The position numbers and the translations under genes were made by a program. From Patescibacteria group bacterium (GTDB lineage: Bacteria > Patescibacteriota > Minisyncoccia > Minisyncoccales > UBA5738), in contig JAKLGH010000004.1 of NCBI GenBank assembly GCA_022710775.1, forward strand, positions 9,277 to 73,276: 64,000 nucleotides of DNA, read 5' to 3'. The notes beneath the pieces were generated by a model, which saw only the letters and a program-made list of their open reading frames with translations, made no database searches and was not told the origin of the DNA. Below are positions 36,834-44,487 of the stretch, in pieces (the first letter of the stretch is position 1; each line of letters opens with the position of its first letter).

Positions 36834-37445
36834 ATGACTACTAAAGAAATTAAACCAAAGACCGCGCCGAAGGTGCGCAAGGCGCCTGCCAAGGTTAAAA
36901 AGGAAGCGGAAATAAAAGGACAAGAGCAAAAAGCAATGGCCGAAACGGAAGAAACAAAAAAAACAGCGATGGGGGAGAAGGTTTCTGCCGTCGAGCCTGT
37001 TTCTGCGGAAGAAACCGGCGACTTGGCTGATGAGAACGGAAAAACCCCTAAATCAAACCGCTACTATGAAGCTGTCGGCCGCCGCAAGACCGCAACCGCG
37101 CGCGTGAGGCTTTTTACCAGGGGCGACAAATCTTTTGTTATCAACGACAAACCGCTGGAAAAATATTTTCCGGGTGCGATTTTCAAATCCGTCATTGAAG
37201 CTCCTTTGGTGAAAATGAATATTGTAGATCGCTTCAAGATAACCGCTGTTGTCAAAGGGGGAGGGATCAATGCTCAGGCGGAAGCGATCAGGCACGGAAT
37301 TGCCCGGGCCTTGGTGATGTTTAATCTTGATTTTAAGAAACGCTTGAAAAAATCCGGATACCTGACGCGAGATTCAAGGATGAAGGAAAGGAAAAAGCCC
37401 GGTTTGCGCAAAGCCCGCCGAGCGCCCCAATGGGCCAAACGTTAG
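36834..37445 (+). CDS. rpsI: 30S ribosomal protein S9 (K/E/A-rich N-terminal extension of about 75 aa)
   Basis: C-terminal GGGINAQAEAIRHGIARAL...KARRAPQWAKR. In-frame ATG at 36834. Confidence 0.9.
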   Translation: MTTKEIKPKTAPKVRKAPAKVKKEAEIKGQEQKAMAETEETKKTAMGEKVSAVEPVSAEETGDLADENGKTPKSNRYYEAVGRRKTATARVRLFTRGDKSFVINDKPLEKYFPGAIFKSVIEAPLVKMNIVDRFKITAVVKGGGINAQAEAIRHGIARALVMFNLDFKKRLKKSGYLTRDSRMKERKKPGLRKARRAPQWAKR

Positions 37446-37575
37446 CGAACGTTTGGTACTGAGCCCAGCAGGGCGAATGTGCCGAAAACAGCGAACGTTT
37501 GGTACTGAGCCCAGCAGGGCGAATGTGCCGAAAACAGCGAACGTCTGGTACTGAGCCCAGCAGGGCGAATGTGCC
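37444..37575 (+). repeat. Tandem direct repeat, 3 x 46 nt (third copy truncated or diverged)
   Basis: Units start at 37444, 37490 and 37536: agcgaacgtttggtactgagcccagcagggcgaatgtgccgaaaac. Each can fold as GGUAC-UGA-GCCC-AGCA-GGGC-GAAU-GUGCC. Confidence 0.85.
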
Positions 37576-37595
37576 AAGTGCTAATTTTAAATTAA

Positions 37596-37627
37596 AACCA
37601 CTCCGGAATACGGGGTGGTTTTGTTTT
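37596..37627 (+). terminator. Rho-independent terminator of the rplM-rpsI unit
   Basis: ccactccg-gaata-cggggtgg followed by TTTTGTTTT. Confidence 0.7.
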
Positions 37628-37920
37628 AATTTTTTACCGAAATTTTCTTTCGGTATCGCTGTTATCAATAAAAAATTAGTCGCATGCGCAACTAATCTTC
37701 GCTTGTCCAGCAATTGTTATCATCGGGGAAAGCGCCAAGCGCAATAGCCACAATGATCGCTAATATCAATATCGCTATTATTCCATAAGCGAACCACATC
37801 GATCCCTGATGAATGGCTCCTCCCAAAGCTAAAAGAACTGAAATAAATTCACCTCCCGCAATTTGGAGCGTACCACAATAGACTTAAAAATCGATTGTTA
37901 AAGTATTGCCGTTTTGCATT

Positions 37921-37946
37921 AAAAAAAACGGATGTTTTTCATCCGT
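37921..37946 (-). terminator. Rho-independent terminator (minus strand)
   Basis: Minus strand reads acggatg-aaaaa-catccgt followed by T8, 14 nt after the stop of the 128-aa ORF. Confidence 0.7.
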
Positions 37947-37959
37947 ATCGGGCTAGCGG

Positions 37960-38346
37960 TTATTTGTTCCAAAGATAGGTTCTGGCTTTAATGAGCAAAT
38001 TCGATATCAGTGCCGCGATCATTTCCCGCTTGTTTACGCGGAACGCTTTGTTCGCATCTTTGATCCAGCCGCCGCGGTTTAAGCGGACGTGGGTTTGCCA
38101 GTCGCTGTCGTATCTTGAGCGATAGTATTCCACGATTTTCCCGTCAAAAAAACTCTTGACAAACACCAATGATCCGGCAAAAACAATGTAAAGGATAGAC
38201 CCGCCTAAAAGCGCGTTAGGATTTTTAACCATCAGGAAAATTCCAAAAAGGACCATTCCGGCGAACAAAATATTCATTAGCTTTTTTGTCATTCTGTCGC
38301 ACGATTCAACGTAAAGCCGCAACAGGTTTAGCGCGCGATCGTCCAT
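37960..38346 (-). CDS. Hypothetical membrane protein (128 aa, 2 TM)
   Basis: GGAGG precedes the ATG. Has its own terminator. No family recognised. Confidence 0.55.
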   Translation of the reverse strand: MDDRALNLLRLYVESCDRMTKKLMNILFAGMVLFGIFLMVKNPNALLGGSILYIVFAGSLVFVKSFFDGKIVEYYRSRYDSDWQTHVRLNRGGWIKDANKAFRVNKREMIAALISNLLIKARTYLWNK

Positions 38347-38357
38347 GCTGTTCCTCC

Positions 38358-38399
38358 TTATAAACGAACTAAGCCTAGTTATAAACGAACTAAGCCCAG
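38358..38399 (-). repeat. Tandem 21-nt duplication abutting the Shine-Dalgarno of the 128-aa ORF
   Basis: ttataaacgaactaagcc(t/c)ag x2 on the plus strand. On the coding strand: ..ggcttagttcgtttataa x2, then ggaggaacagcATG. Confidence 0.8.
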
Positions 38400-38479
38400 T
38401 TTATTGAAAAGCGCTGAAAAATCAAGCAAGCGGGCGAGACTGGCCGGTTTTCACGAAAAAATGATGCCGTTTAAAAGCA

Positions 38480-38929
38480 TCATTTGGTCCATACCAGTAC
38501 CCTGTAGTCATTTAATCTGGTTCCGGTTTGGGGCTGGAAGGCTTCGCTTAGGCAGAGCGGCTGGATGCCGAGTTCTGTTTCTCGCCTGATCCAGGGGTCG
38601 GTTGGATGGAGTAAAAGCCTAGGTTGCCAGCCTTCTTTTTTTAGCCGGCGGTAACTGTTTTCGCCCTTAGTCCAAACCAAGGCTCGGCGGTCGTCAAGCC
38701 TTATCCCGGTTTTAGGGTCGAAGGCCTTTCCTACAAATACTTTCTGGCCGCCTAACTTTCTAATTTGTTCGATCCGGGGGTCGTTTTCATTGGCCAAGAA
38801 TTCCGGGGTCCAGCCTAGCCTCTGAAGCCGTTGGAATTCGCTCTCGCCGATCTTTGGCGCTGTTCTTCTCGCGTTGCCCTGGGCTTTTGATCCCAGGTTA
38901 TGCAATATTCTCCCTACCATTATTACCAC
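38480..38929 (-). CDS. Hypothetical soluble protein (149 aa) built from two homologous repeats of about 55 aa
   Basis: Repeat 1 is LGWTPEFL..DPRI...FDPKTGIRLDDRRALVWTK. Repeat 2 is EGWQPRLL..DPWI...FQPQTGTRLNDYRVLVWTK. Has its own promoter and terminator. Confidence 0.6.
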   Translation of the reverse strand: MVIMVGRILHNLGSKAQGNARRTAPKIGESEFQRLQRLGWTPEFLANENDPRIEQIRKLGGQKVFVGKAFDPKTGIRLDDRRALVWTKGENSYRRLKKEGWQPRLLLHPTDPWIRRETELGIQPLCLSEAFQPQTGTRLNDYRVLVWTK

Positions 38930-38948
38930 TCACCAAATTTATTATAAT

Positions 38949-38976
38949 TATTATAACAGAAATATAATTTATGTCA
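38949..38976 (-). promoter_or_regulatory. Sigma70-like promoter of the 149-aa ORF
   Basis: Minus strand: TTGACA, 16 nt, TATAAT. Confidence 0.55.
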
Positions 38977-39023
38977 AGGCGCAAAAGGACAAAAAAAGCG
39001 ATGGGTCATCGCTTGTATTAAAA

Positions 39024-39227
39024 TTACACTTGCCCGTCTTTTGAAATTGTTTGGTTTGCGGCGGGCAGTTTTAACTCGCGGAAAGCGATTATAACACACC
39101 CTCCCAGCTGTATGTAAAGCGCCCAAAAACCGAAACTGTCAGGCAGAAAACCCAGACCATAGATGATGAATTCCGCCAGGAGAATTCCTGAAACAATGCC
39201 GATGAACAGTGCCGAACGGTCGTTCAT
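39024..39227 (-). CDS. Small membrane protein (67 aa, 2 TM)
   Basis: Start overlaps the stop of the upstream 65-aa ORF (ATGA-type overlap). A hairpin plus T-run lies downstream. Confidence 0.45.
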   Translation of the reverse strand: MNDRSALFIGIVSGILLAEFIIYGLGFLPDSFGFWALYIQLGGCVIIAFRELKLPAANQTISKDGQV

Positions 39228-39421
39228 ATCAGCCTCCCGGCCGGGATTACTGCTGTTTTTCGTTCACAATGGAACACCAATGCCGGAAAAGCCGCCAGCT
39301 GGAAAATTAGCATAAAAATGACGGAACCGTCGTTTAGAGGGATTCCAGCTACGAGCAATAAAATCGTCTCTGCGATAACTCCGTAAAGCGTACCTAATAT
39401 TACCCATATGATAAAGTTCAT
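39224..39421 (-). CDS. Small membrane protein (65 aa, 2 TM)
   Basis: Translationally coupled to the 67-aa ORF. TTGACT-17-TAAATA lies upstream on the minus strand. Confidence 0.45.
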   Translation of the reverse strand: MNFIIWVILGTLYGVIAETILLLVAGIPLNDGSVIFMLIFQLAAFPALVFHCERKTAVIPAGRLI

Positions 39422-39568
39422 CGCAATACCTCAAACTTAATGCTTAATATTATTTAACATCAATTATTTAAAAAGTCAATTTTGGCTTGGTGATATATTT
39501 TTGGCGGAATTTTTTTTGGATGTTTAGCCGGTCCAGGAAAAAAGAAAATAAAAACCCTTTTTAAAGGG

Positions 39569-39856
39569 TTATCCGAATTCATCGTTGCGGCCTTTTTGTT
39601 TTTTAAGTTGTTTGTTTGTCCAAGGCTCCAGTACGAACTTAGTAAAAATCGCAACGCATATCGCAAGGCTGTATATCCAGCCGTAATCAATGAAAAGAGC
39701 CAGGAAAGCTATCATCAAGGCTAGCAGGCAAACGAACACATTTTTCAAGAACCTTTTCTTGGCGGCCGCTTCCCAGGCTAGTTTGTTTTCTTGAATGTAA
39801 GCTTCGATCTTTTCGTCCAATTTCGTCACCGTCCCGCGCTTAGGAAAAAATATCAT
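39569..39856 (-). CDS. Small membrane protein (95 aa, 2 TM)
   Basis: Amphipathic N-terminus followed by two TM segments. Terminator hairpin accctt/aagggt lies at its stop. Confidence 0.45.
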   Translation of the reverse strand: MIFFPKRGTVTKLDEKIEAYIQENKLAWEAAAKKRFLKNVFVCLLALMIAFLALFIDYGWIYSLAICVAIFTKFVLEPWTNKQLKKQKGRNDEFG

Positions 39857-39975
39857 TTTTTTCGGTTTTACGCAATATTTAAATAACTGTTTGTACGGTA
39901 AAGGCCGTTGCTTGCAATTGCCCCGCGAAAGATTAAAATGGTAATACTCCCAATCGCTTTAATGACGAAAATAAA

Positions 39976-40653
39976 ATGTTGTCCGAACTGATCGATAAAT
40001 TTTATCTTGATAAGGAAAAAGACCATGAGCGCCACCGTTTTTACGTTACCGACGCGGGAAAATGCCCCCGCTCCGTTTTTTACAAATTCAAAAACGCGCC
40101 GGGAAAAGACATGACTCCGGAAATTTTGAGGCTTCTGGACCACGGCGATTACATTCAGATGCATATGATGAGCAATTTGTTCTCCTTGGGCATTGTCCGG
40201 GCCTCCGAGGTGCGCATACCGCCCCAGGAGATCGTTTCCGGCCGGGCCGACGCGATCGTGACCCTGGATAACGAATTGTATGTCATTGACGTGAAGGGAA
40301 TCAACAGCAATACTTTTAAAACCCTGGTTGAGGCCAAGCCCGATAACGTCAACCAGATCCAGCTCTACCTCCATTTTTTTAAAATTCCGCGAGGCATTCT
40401 TTTATACGTTAATAAGAACACGCTGGAGTTAAAAGAGTTCTTGGTTGATTATGATAAAGACCGGTGCGAAAATTTGATGGCGGAATTGGCTGCCCTTAAG
40501 GCTAAGATCGGCCAAAACATCATTCCGGCCAGGATCGGCGGATATCCGGGCGATTATCAGTGCCGGTATTGCCAGTTTAAAGAAGTTTGCCAGATATCGG
40601 GCCAGGGAGAGATTGACTGGGGCGCGTTCCGGAAGAAAATCGAAACCGCTTGA
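39976..40653 (+). CDS. Cas4-like PD-(D/E)XK nuclease with Fe-S cysteine cluster (stand-alone)
   Basis: 225 aa. N-terminal Cys (DAGKCPR), D...IDVKG (DxK), QIQLY (QxxxY), and C-terminal CRYCQFKEVC. Confidence 0.65.
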   Translation: MLSELIDKFYLDKEKDHERHRFYVTDAGKCPRSVFYKFKNAPGKDMTPEILRLLDHGDYIQMHMMSNLFSLGIVRASEVRIPPQEIVSGRADAIVTLDNELYVIDVKGINSNTFKTLVEAKPDNVNQIQLYLHFFKIPRGILLYVNKNTLELKEFLVDYDKDRCENLMAELAALKAKIGQNIIPARIGGYPGDYQCRYCQFKEVCQISGQGEIDWGAFRKKIETA

Positions 40654-40654
40654 A

Positions 40655-40682
40655 CAAAAAAAGGGCTTTTGCCCTTTTTTTT
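40655..40682. terminator. Bidirectional terminator hairpin
   Basis: AAAAAA-aagggc-tttt-gccctt-TTTTTT. Confidence 0.7.
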
Positions 40683-40781
40683 GTTTGAACCCCCGCCGGT
40701 TTCGCGGTAAAATTAAAAAACAACGTAAAACATATTTGAAGCGCCGCGACGCGCTGATAACGATTACGCTTAACAACGATT

Positions 40782-41945
40782 ATGGAAGAACAACAGAAAA
40801 AAAAGACGGTTAAAACATTGACTCTGGCATCTTTTTTAAATGATTTCGGTTCCGACGTTATTTATCCCGTCTGGCCGATGTTTGTTACCACGTTCCTCGG
40901 CGCCAATATGGCGGTGCTCGGTTTTATTGACGGTCTCGGCGACGCGATCGTTTCGATTTCCCAGGCGATATCGGGATATTATTCCGACCGCATAAAAAAG
41001 CGCAAGATTTTCGTATCGACAGGCTATTTTTTCGGCGGACTTTCCCGGATCGGGTACGCCGTGGCCAGCACATGGCAGCTATTGATACCTTTCAAGATCC
41101 TGGATCGGGCAGGGAAGATGCGAGGCGCGCCGCGGGACGCCATGGTCGCGGATGCTTCAACCGCTTTAAACCGCGGAAAGAATTTTGGGATATTGTCGAC
41201 CTTTGACAATCTGGGGGCGGTTTGCGGGATTATTTTTTGCATAGCTTTGTTTCCGCTGCTGGGCTACCGCAACTTGTTTCTGTTGGCGGCCATACCGTCG
41301 CTGATCGGCGCGCTCATGATCACGCTAGCCATCAAAGAACAAAAAAAAGCCGAAGGCAGGATCTTCAAAGGATTCCGTTTTGCCAACCTAGACCGGAATT
41401 TCAAGCTTTTTTTGCTTTTATCCGGGATTTTCGCTTTGGGTTCTTTCAGTTATTCTTTTCTGCTGGTATTCGCGAATAAATACGGCTATTCCGAAACTTT
41501 TCTGCCGGTGCTGTATTTAATATTCACTTTCGCATCTTCTTTGGCTTCTTTGCCGTTCGGACGGTATTCCGACCGGCTGAAGAGCCGGAAAAAACTGCTT
41601 TTTTTATCCTATTTTTTCTGGTTCCTCGTTTGCGGGATACTGATTTACAGCCAGAGCCAGGCGGCAATTATCGCAGCTTTCGTGCTATACGGCATCCATA
41701 AAGGGGGGATAAACGTGGTGCAGAAAGCCTTCGTTTCCGATTTGTGCGCGACGGAAGTGCGGGCGTCCAGCTTGGGGGCTTTCCAGCTGGTTGTCGGGTT
41801 CTGCGCGCTGCCCGCTTCGCTGGTCGCCGGTTTGTTGTGGGATGCCGTCAATCCCATGGTGCCGTTTTTCCTTTCCCTGGCTTTGACCGCGGTTTCGGGA
41901 ATTTTACTGATGTTCGTAAAAGAAGATTTTTCCGCCGCCGCTTAA
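40782..41945 (+). CDS. MFS transporter
   Basis: 387 aa, about 12 TM. GYYSDRIKKRK loop resembles MFS motif A. Confidence 0.75.
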   Translation: MEEQQKKKTVKTLTLASFLNDFGSDVIYPVWPMFVTTFLGANMAVLGFIDGLGDAIVSISQAISGYYSDRIKKRKIFVSTGYFFGGLSRIGYAVASTWQLLIPFKILDRAGKMRGAPRDAMVADASTALNRGKNFGILSTFDNLGAVCGIIFCIALFPLLGYRNLFLLAAIPSLIGALMITLAIKEQKKAEGRIFKGFRFANLDRNFKLFLLLSGIFALGSFSYSFLLVFANKYGYSETFLPVLYLIFTFASSLASLPFGRYSDRLKSRKKLLFLSYFFWFLVCGILIYSQSQAAIIAAFVLYGIHKGGINVVQKAFVSDLCATEVRASSLGAFQLVVGFCALPASLVAGLLWDAVNPMVPFFLSLALTAVSGILLMFVKEDFSAAA

Positions 41946-41966
41946 AACTTTCTATCGAAAAAGAAA

Positions 41967-41986
41967 AAGGCCGCGTTAGCGGCCTT
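41967..41986. terminator. Bidirectional terminator between convergent genes
   Basis: aaggccgc-gtta-gcggcctt, flanked by A- and T-runs. Confidence 0.7.
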
Positions 41987-42007
41987 TTGAGATTTTAAGC
42001 TTGTTCG

Positions 42008-42640
42008 CTATCCGGCGTATTTTTTAAAAAGATCTTTAACGGTCATTATCTTTGCTCCTTTAGATTCCAGCTCCGACAAAATCTTTTTCTTGTTTTCTTC
42101 GGTTCCGGTTTTTCCGGGGCCGAAAGCGGGCGCGGTTACGTCTCGCAAAACAATCAAATCGAAATTTTCCTCTAATAGTTGCAGGCAGGCAAGACGCATA
42201 CAGCAGTCAAAACCATTTCCGAAGACAACCCATTTTTTAATTTTCAGTTTTTTAAATAATTTTAACGCGTTTTTATTATATTTGAAAAAATTATAGGCAC
42301 TGCGCTCGGAATTTATCCGCGGACAGCCATATTGTTGTTTTTCAATGTAAAAATAACGGTACTCTTCCAAGTCTTTTGCCCAGGAACAGCCTTTTTCGTT
42401 TATGGGGATGTAAAGAACATAATCCAAGGAATCTTTTTTTAGAAAAGTTCCGGAACAGCAAGTTGAAAATACAAACATCAGCTGGTGTTCGTAGGCGAAA
42501 TCATACAAAAGATTGAGTTTATCCGCTATCGGCTTAACTCTTTCCCGAAGCTCCAAACCAAGGCCGTCTTGGCTTAGTTCGCGGCTGTCAACATCGAAGA
42601 ATCCTATTTCCCCGTTCAGGGGCTGCTTTTTTCTGGCCAT
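42008..42640 (-). CDS. Hypothetical hydrolase, possibly isochorismatase-like (cysteine hydrolase fold)
   Basis: 210 aa. WVVFGNGFDCCMRLACLQLLEENFDLIVLRDVTAP resembles the isochorismatase-family G-x-x-x-D-x-C strand-helix. Lies 11 nt downstream of the ABC ATPase. Confidence 0.3.
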   Translation of the reverse strand: MARKKQPLNGEIGFFDVDSRELSQDGLGLELRERVKPIADKLNLLYDFAYEHQLMFVFSTCCSGTFLKKDSLDYVLYIPINEKGCSWAKDLEEYRYFYIEKQQYGCPRINSERSAYNFFKYNKNALKLFKKLKIKKWVVFGNGFDCCMRLACLQLLEENFDLIVLRDVTAPAFGPGKTGTEENKKKILSELESKGAKIMTVKDLFKKYAG

Positions 42641-42651
42641 GTGTTTTTAAT

Positions 42652-43419
42652 CTATAAAACGGAGGAATCGCAGCTTGCTTTAGGCAAAATATACCTTCCT
42701 TCTCCGTCTTTGATTATTTTAGCTTTAATGCCGTAAACTTCTTCGAGCATTGATTCGGTAACTATATTTTCCGGTTTTCCGGAAGCGTATATTTTGCCGT
42801 TCTTAACCACATGCAGGGCGTTGGCGTATCGGACAGCCAAGTTTAAGTCATGGAGGACGATTAGCGCGCTGGCTTGGTTTTTCCGGGCGTACCGGCTGAT
42901 TTTATCCATGATTTCAAGCTGGTTCTTCAGGTCCAGATTATTGGTCGGTTCGTCTATCAGCAGGTACTTAGGGTTTTTCATCAATGCCTGGGCGATAAAG
43001 ACTTCCTGAAGCTGTCCTCCGCTTATCTCGTTAATTTTTTTTTGGGCCAGGTAGCGGATATTGAATTCGTCCATAACCTTTTCCACTTGTTCCAGGTTTT
43101 TTCTTCCGATATGCCAGGACAGCTGTTCCATGTTGCCTAAAAGCATTATTTCAAAAACATTTAAAGCGGCATTAACAGATATTTGCTGAGGGAGATAGCT
43201 TAGTTTTTGATATAGATTTTTGTGTTCGTTGATTTCTTTCCCTTCAAAAAAAACACTGTCTTTTGTTTTTAAAACCCCGGCCAGGCATTTTAAAATTGTA
43301 GATTTACCGGAAGCGTTTGGGCCGATAATGATATTTATGCCCTTGCCAAATTCAAAGTCGATATGGTCCAAGACACGTTTTTGTGCGTGATATTCGAATG
43401 TCAGTTGCCGAGCTATCAT
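42652..43419 (-). CDS. ABC transporter ATP-binding protein (FepC/BtuD-like)
   Basis: Walker A GPNASGKST, signature ISGGQLQ, Walker B LLIDEPT. Confidence 0.85.
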   Translation of the reverse strand: MIARQLTFEYHAQKRVLDHIDFEFGKGINIIIGPNASGKSTILKCLAGVLKTKDSVFFEGKEINEHKNLYQKLSYLPQQISVNAALNVFEIMLLGNMEQLSWHIGRKNLEQVEKVMDEFNIRYLAQKKINEISGGQLQEVFIAQALMKNPKYLLIDEPTNNLDLKNQLEIMDKISRYARKNQASALIVLHDLNLAVRYANALHVVKNGKIYASGKPENIVTESMLEEVYGIKAKIIKDGEGRYILPKASCDSSVL

Positions 43420-43425
43420 AGTTTT

Positions 43426-44481
43426 TTACCAGTAGTTTTGTTTTTTCCCGACGACTATGGCTAAAAAGAACGGAATGCCGATCAATGAAGTTATGATGCC
43501 GATAGGGAAGATGACCCCGGGGAGGATAGATTTGCATAATATCGAGGCGCCTGACAAGATAAATGCTCCGCATAGAGCCGATAAGGGCATAAAAAAGCGC
43601 TGGTCTTCTCCCACTATCATTCGCGCAATGTGAGGCGCTACAATACCGATAAAGCCGACGGTTCCCACGAAACAAACCGCCGTAGCCGTTAGAATTGAAA
43701 TATAAACAAGCATAGTAAGACGGAGCTTTTCCACGTTAATACCCAGGCTTTTTGCTTTTTCGTCCCCAAGCCTCATTGCGGTCAATTTCCAGGCATTGGA
43801 CGCGATCAGCGGGATAATGACGGCAAGTACGGCGGCCAAAATGCCGACTTTAGGCCAGGTTGCTTGCATTAAGCTGCCAAACAGCCAGAAAACTATGGCT
43901 TGAAGCTCATCGGAAGTTGAGAAAAATTGGATCAGAGACAGCAGGGAATTAAACAAAAAAGCAAGGGCTACTCCCGCCAAGATGATGGTTTCGGTGGATC
44001 CTCTTTTCATTTTTCCGATGCCATAGATCAAGAGCATTGAAAGGAACGCAGTTAGAAAAGCGCATATTGGAACGATATAGCTTTCAATTCCCGGCAAAAA
44101 ACGATATCCGAAAACGATGGCTAGCGAAGCTCCAAATCCGGCTGCCGCGGATACGCCAAGCGTAAACGGGCTAGCAAGAGGATTGTTAAGGATTGTTTGC
44201 ATTTGCGATCCTGCAATGGCGAGCGCCGCTCCGACAAGCAAAGCCATAATCGCGATAGGCAGGCGGTAAACCCAGACGATCACTTTGCTTACGGCGTTGA
44301 CGCTATCGGGGTAAAATATGGCTTGCAATACTTCTTTGGCGGTAAGGCCGGATGAACCGGTAAAAACATCTATCAGGAAGGCTGTTATTAACAACGAAAC
44401 CAGGCTTGCGATAACCAGTAATTTGCGGCGAACCAGTTTTCCATACAAAACAACGATTTTTGGGTTATTCTTAGATTCCAT
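43426..44481 (-). CDS. FecCD-family ABC permease (iron-chelate/cobalamin type)
   Basis: 351 aa, about 10 TM. Size and hydrophobic pattern match BtuC/FepD. Sits between the binding protein and the ATPase. Confidence 0.8.
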   Translation of the reverse strand: MESKNNPKIVVLYGKLVRRKLLVIASLVSLLITAFLIDVFTGSSGLTAKEVLQAIFYPDSVNAVSKVIVWVYRLPIAIMALLVGAALAIAGSQMQTILNNPLASPFTLGVSAAAGFGASLAIVFGYRFLPGIESYIVPICAFLTAFLSMLLIYGIGKMKRGSTETIILAGVALAFLFNSLLSLIQFFSTSDELQAIVFWLFGSLMQATWPKVGILAAVLAVIIPLIASNAWKLTAMRLGDEKAKSLGINVEKLRLTMLVYISILTATAVCFVGTVGFIGIVAPHIARMIVGEDQRFFMPLSALCGAFILSGASILCKSILPGVIFPIGIITSLIGIPFFLAIVVGKKQNYW

Positions 44482-44487
44482 TTGCCT

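Noticed and set aside
37444-37575. Possible CRISPR array downstream of rpsI
   Set aside because: The 46-nt units are directly contiguous with no unique spacers between them, there are only three copies, and no cas genes are adjacent. This is a tandem repeat, not a CRISPR array.
37333-37747. Track ORFs 37333-37713 (-), 37374-37577 (-) and 37499-37747 (+)
   Set aside because: They are translations of the tandem repeat and terminator region, which produces repetitive peptide text. They have no RBS and overlap the rpsI 3' end, so they are spurious.
37700-37870. Additional 2-TM mini-ORF on the minus strand (..ISVLLALGGAIHQGSMWFAYGIIAILILAIIVAIALGAFPDDNNCWTSED)
   Set aside because: It is hydrophobic and preceded by GGGAGGTG. 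However, the only in-frame ATG gives 34 aa, and a longer product would need an ATT start. It is not called as a feature and is mentioned only within the island finding.
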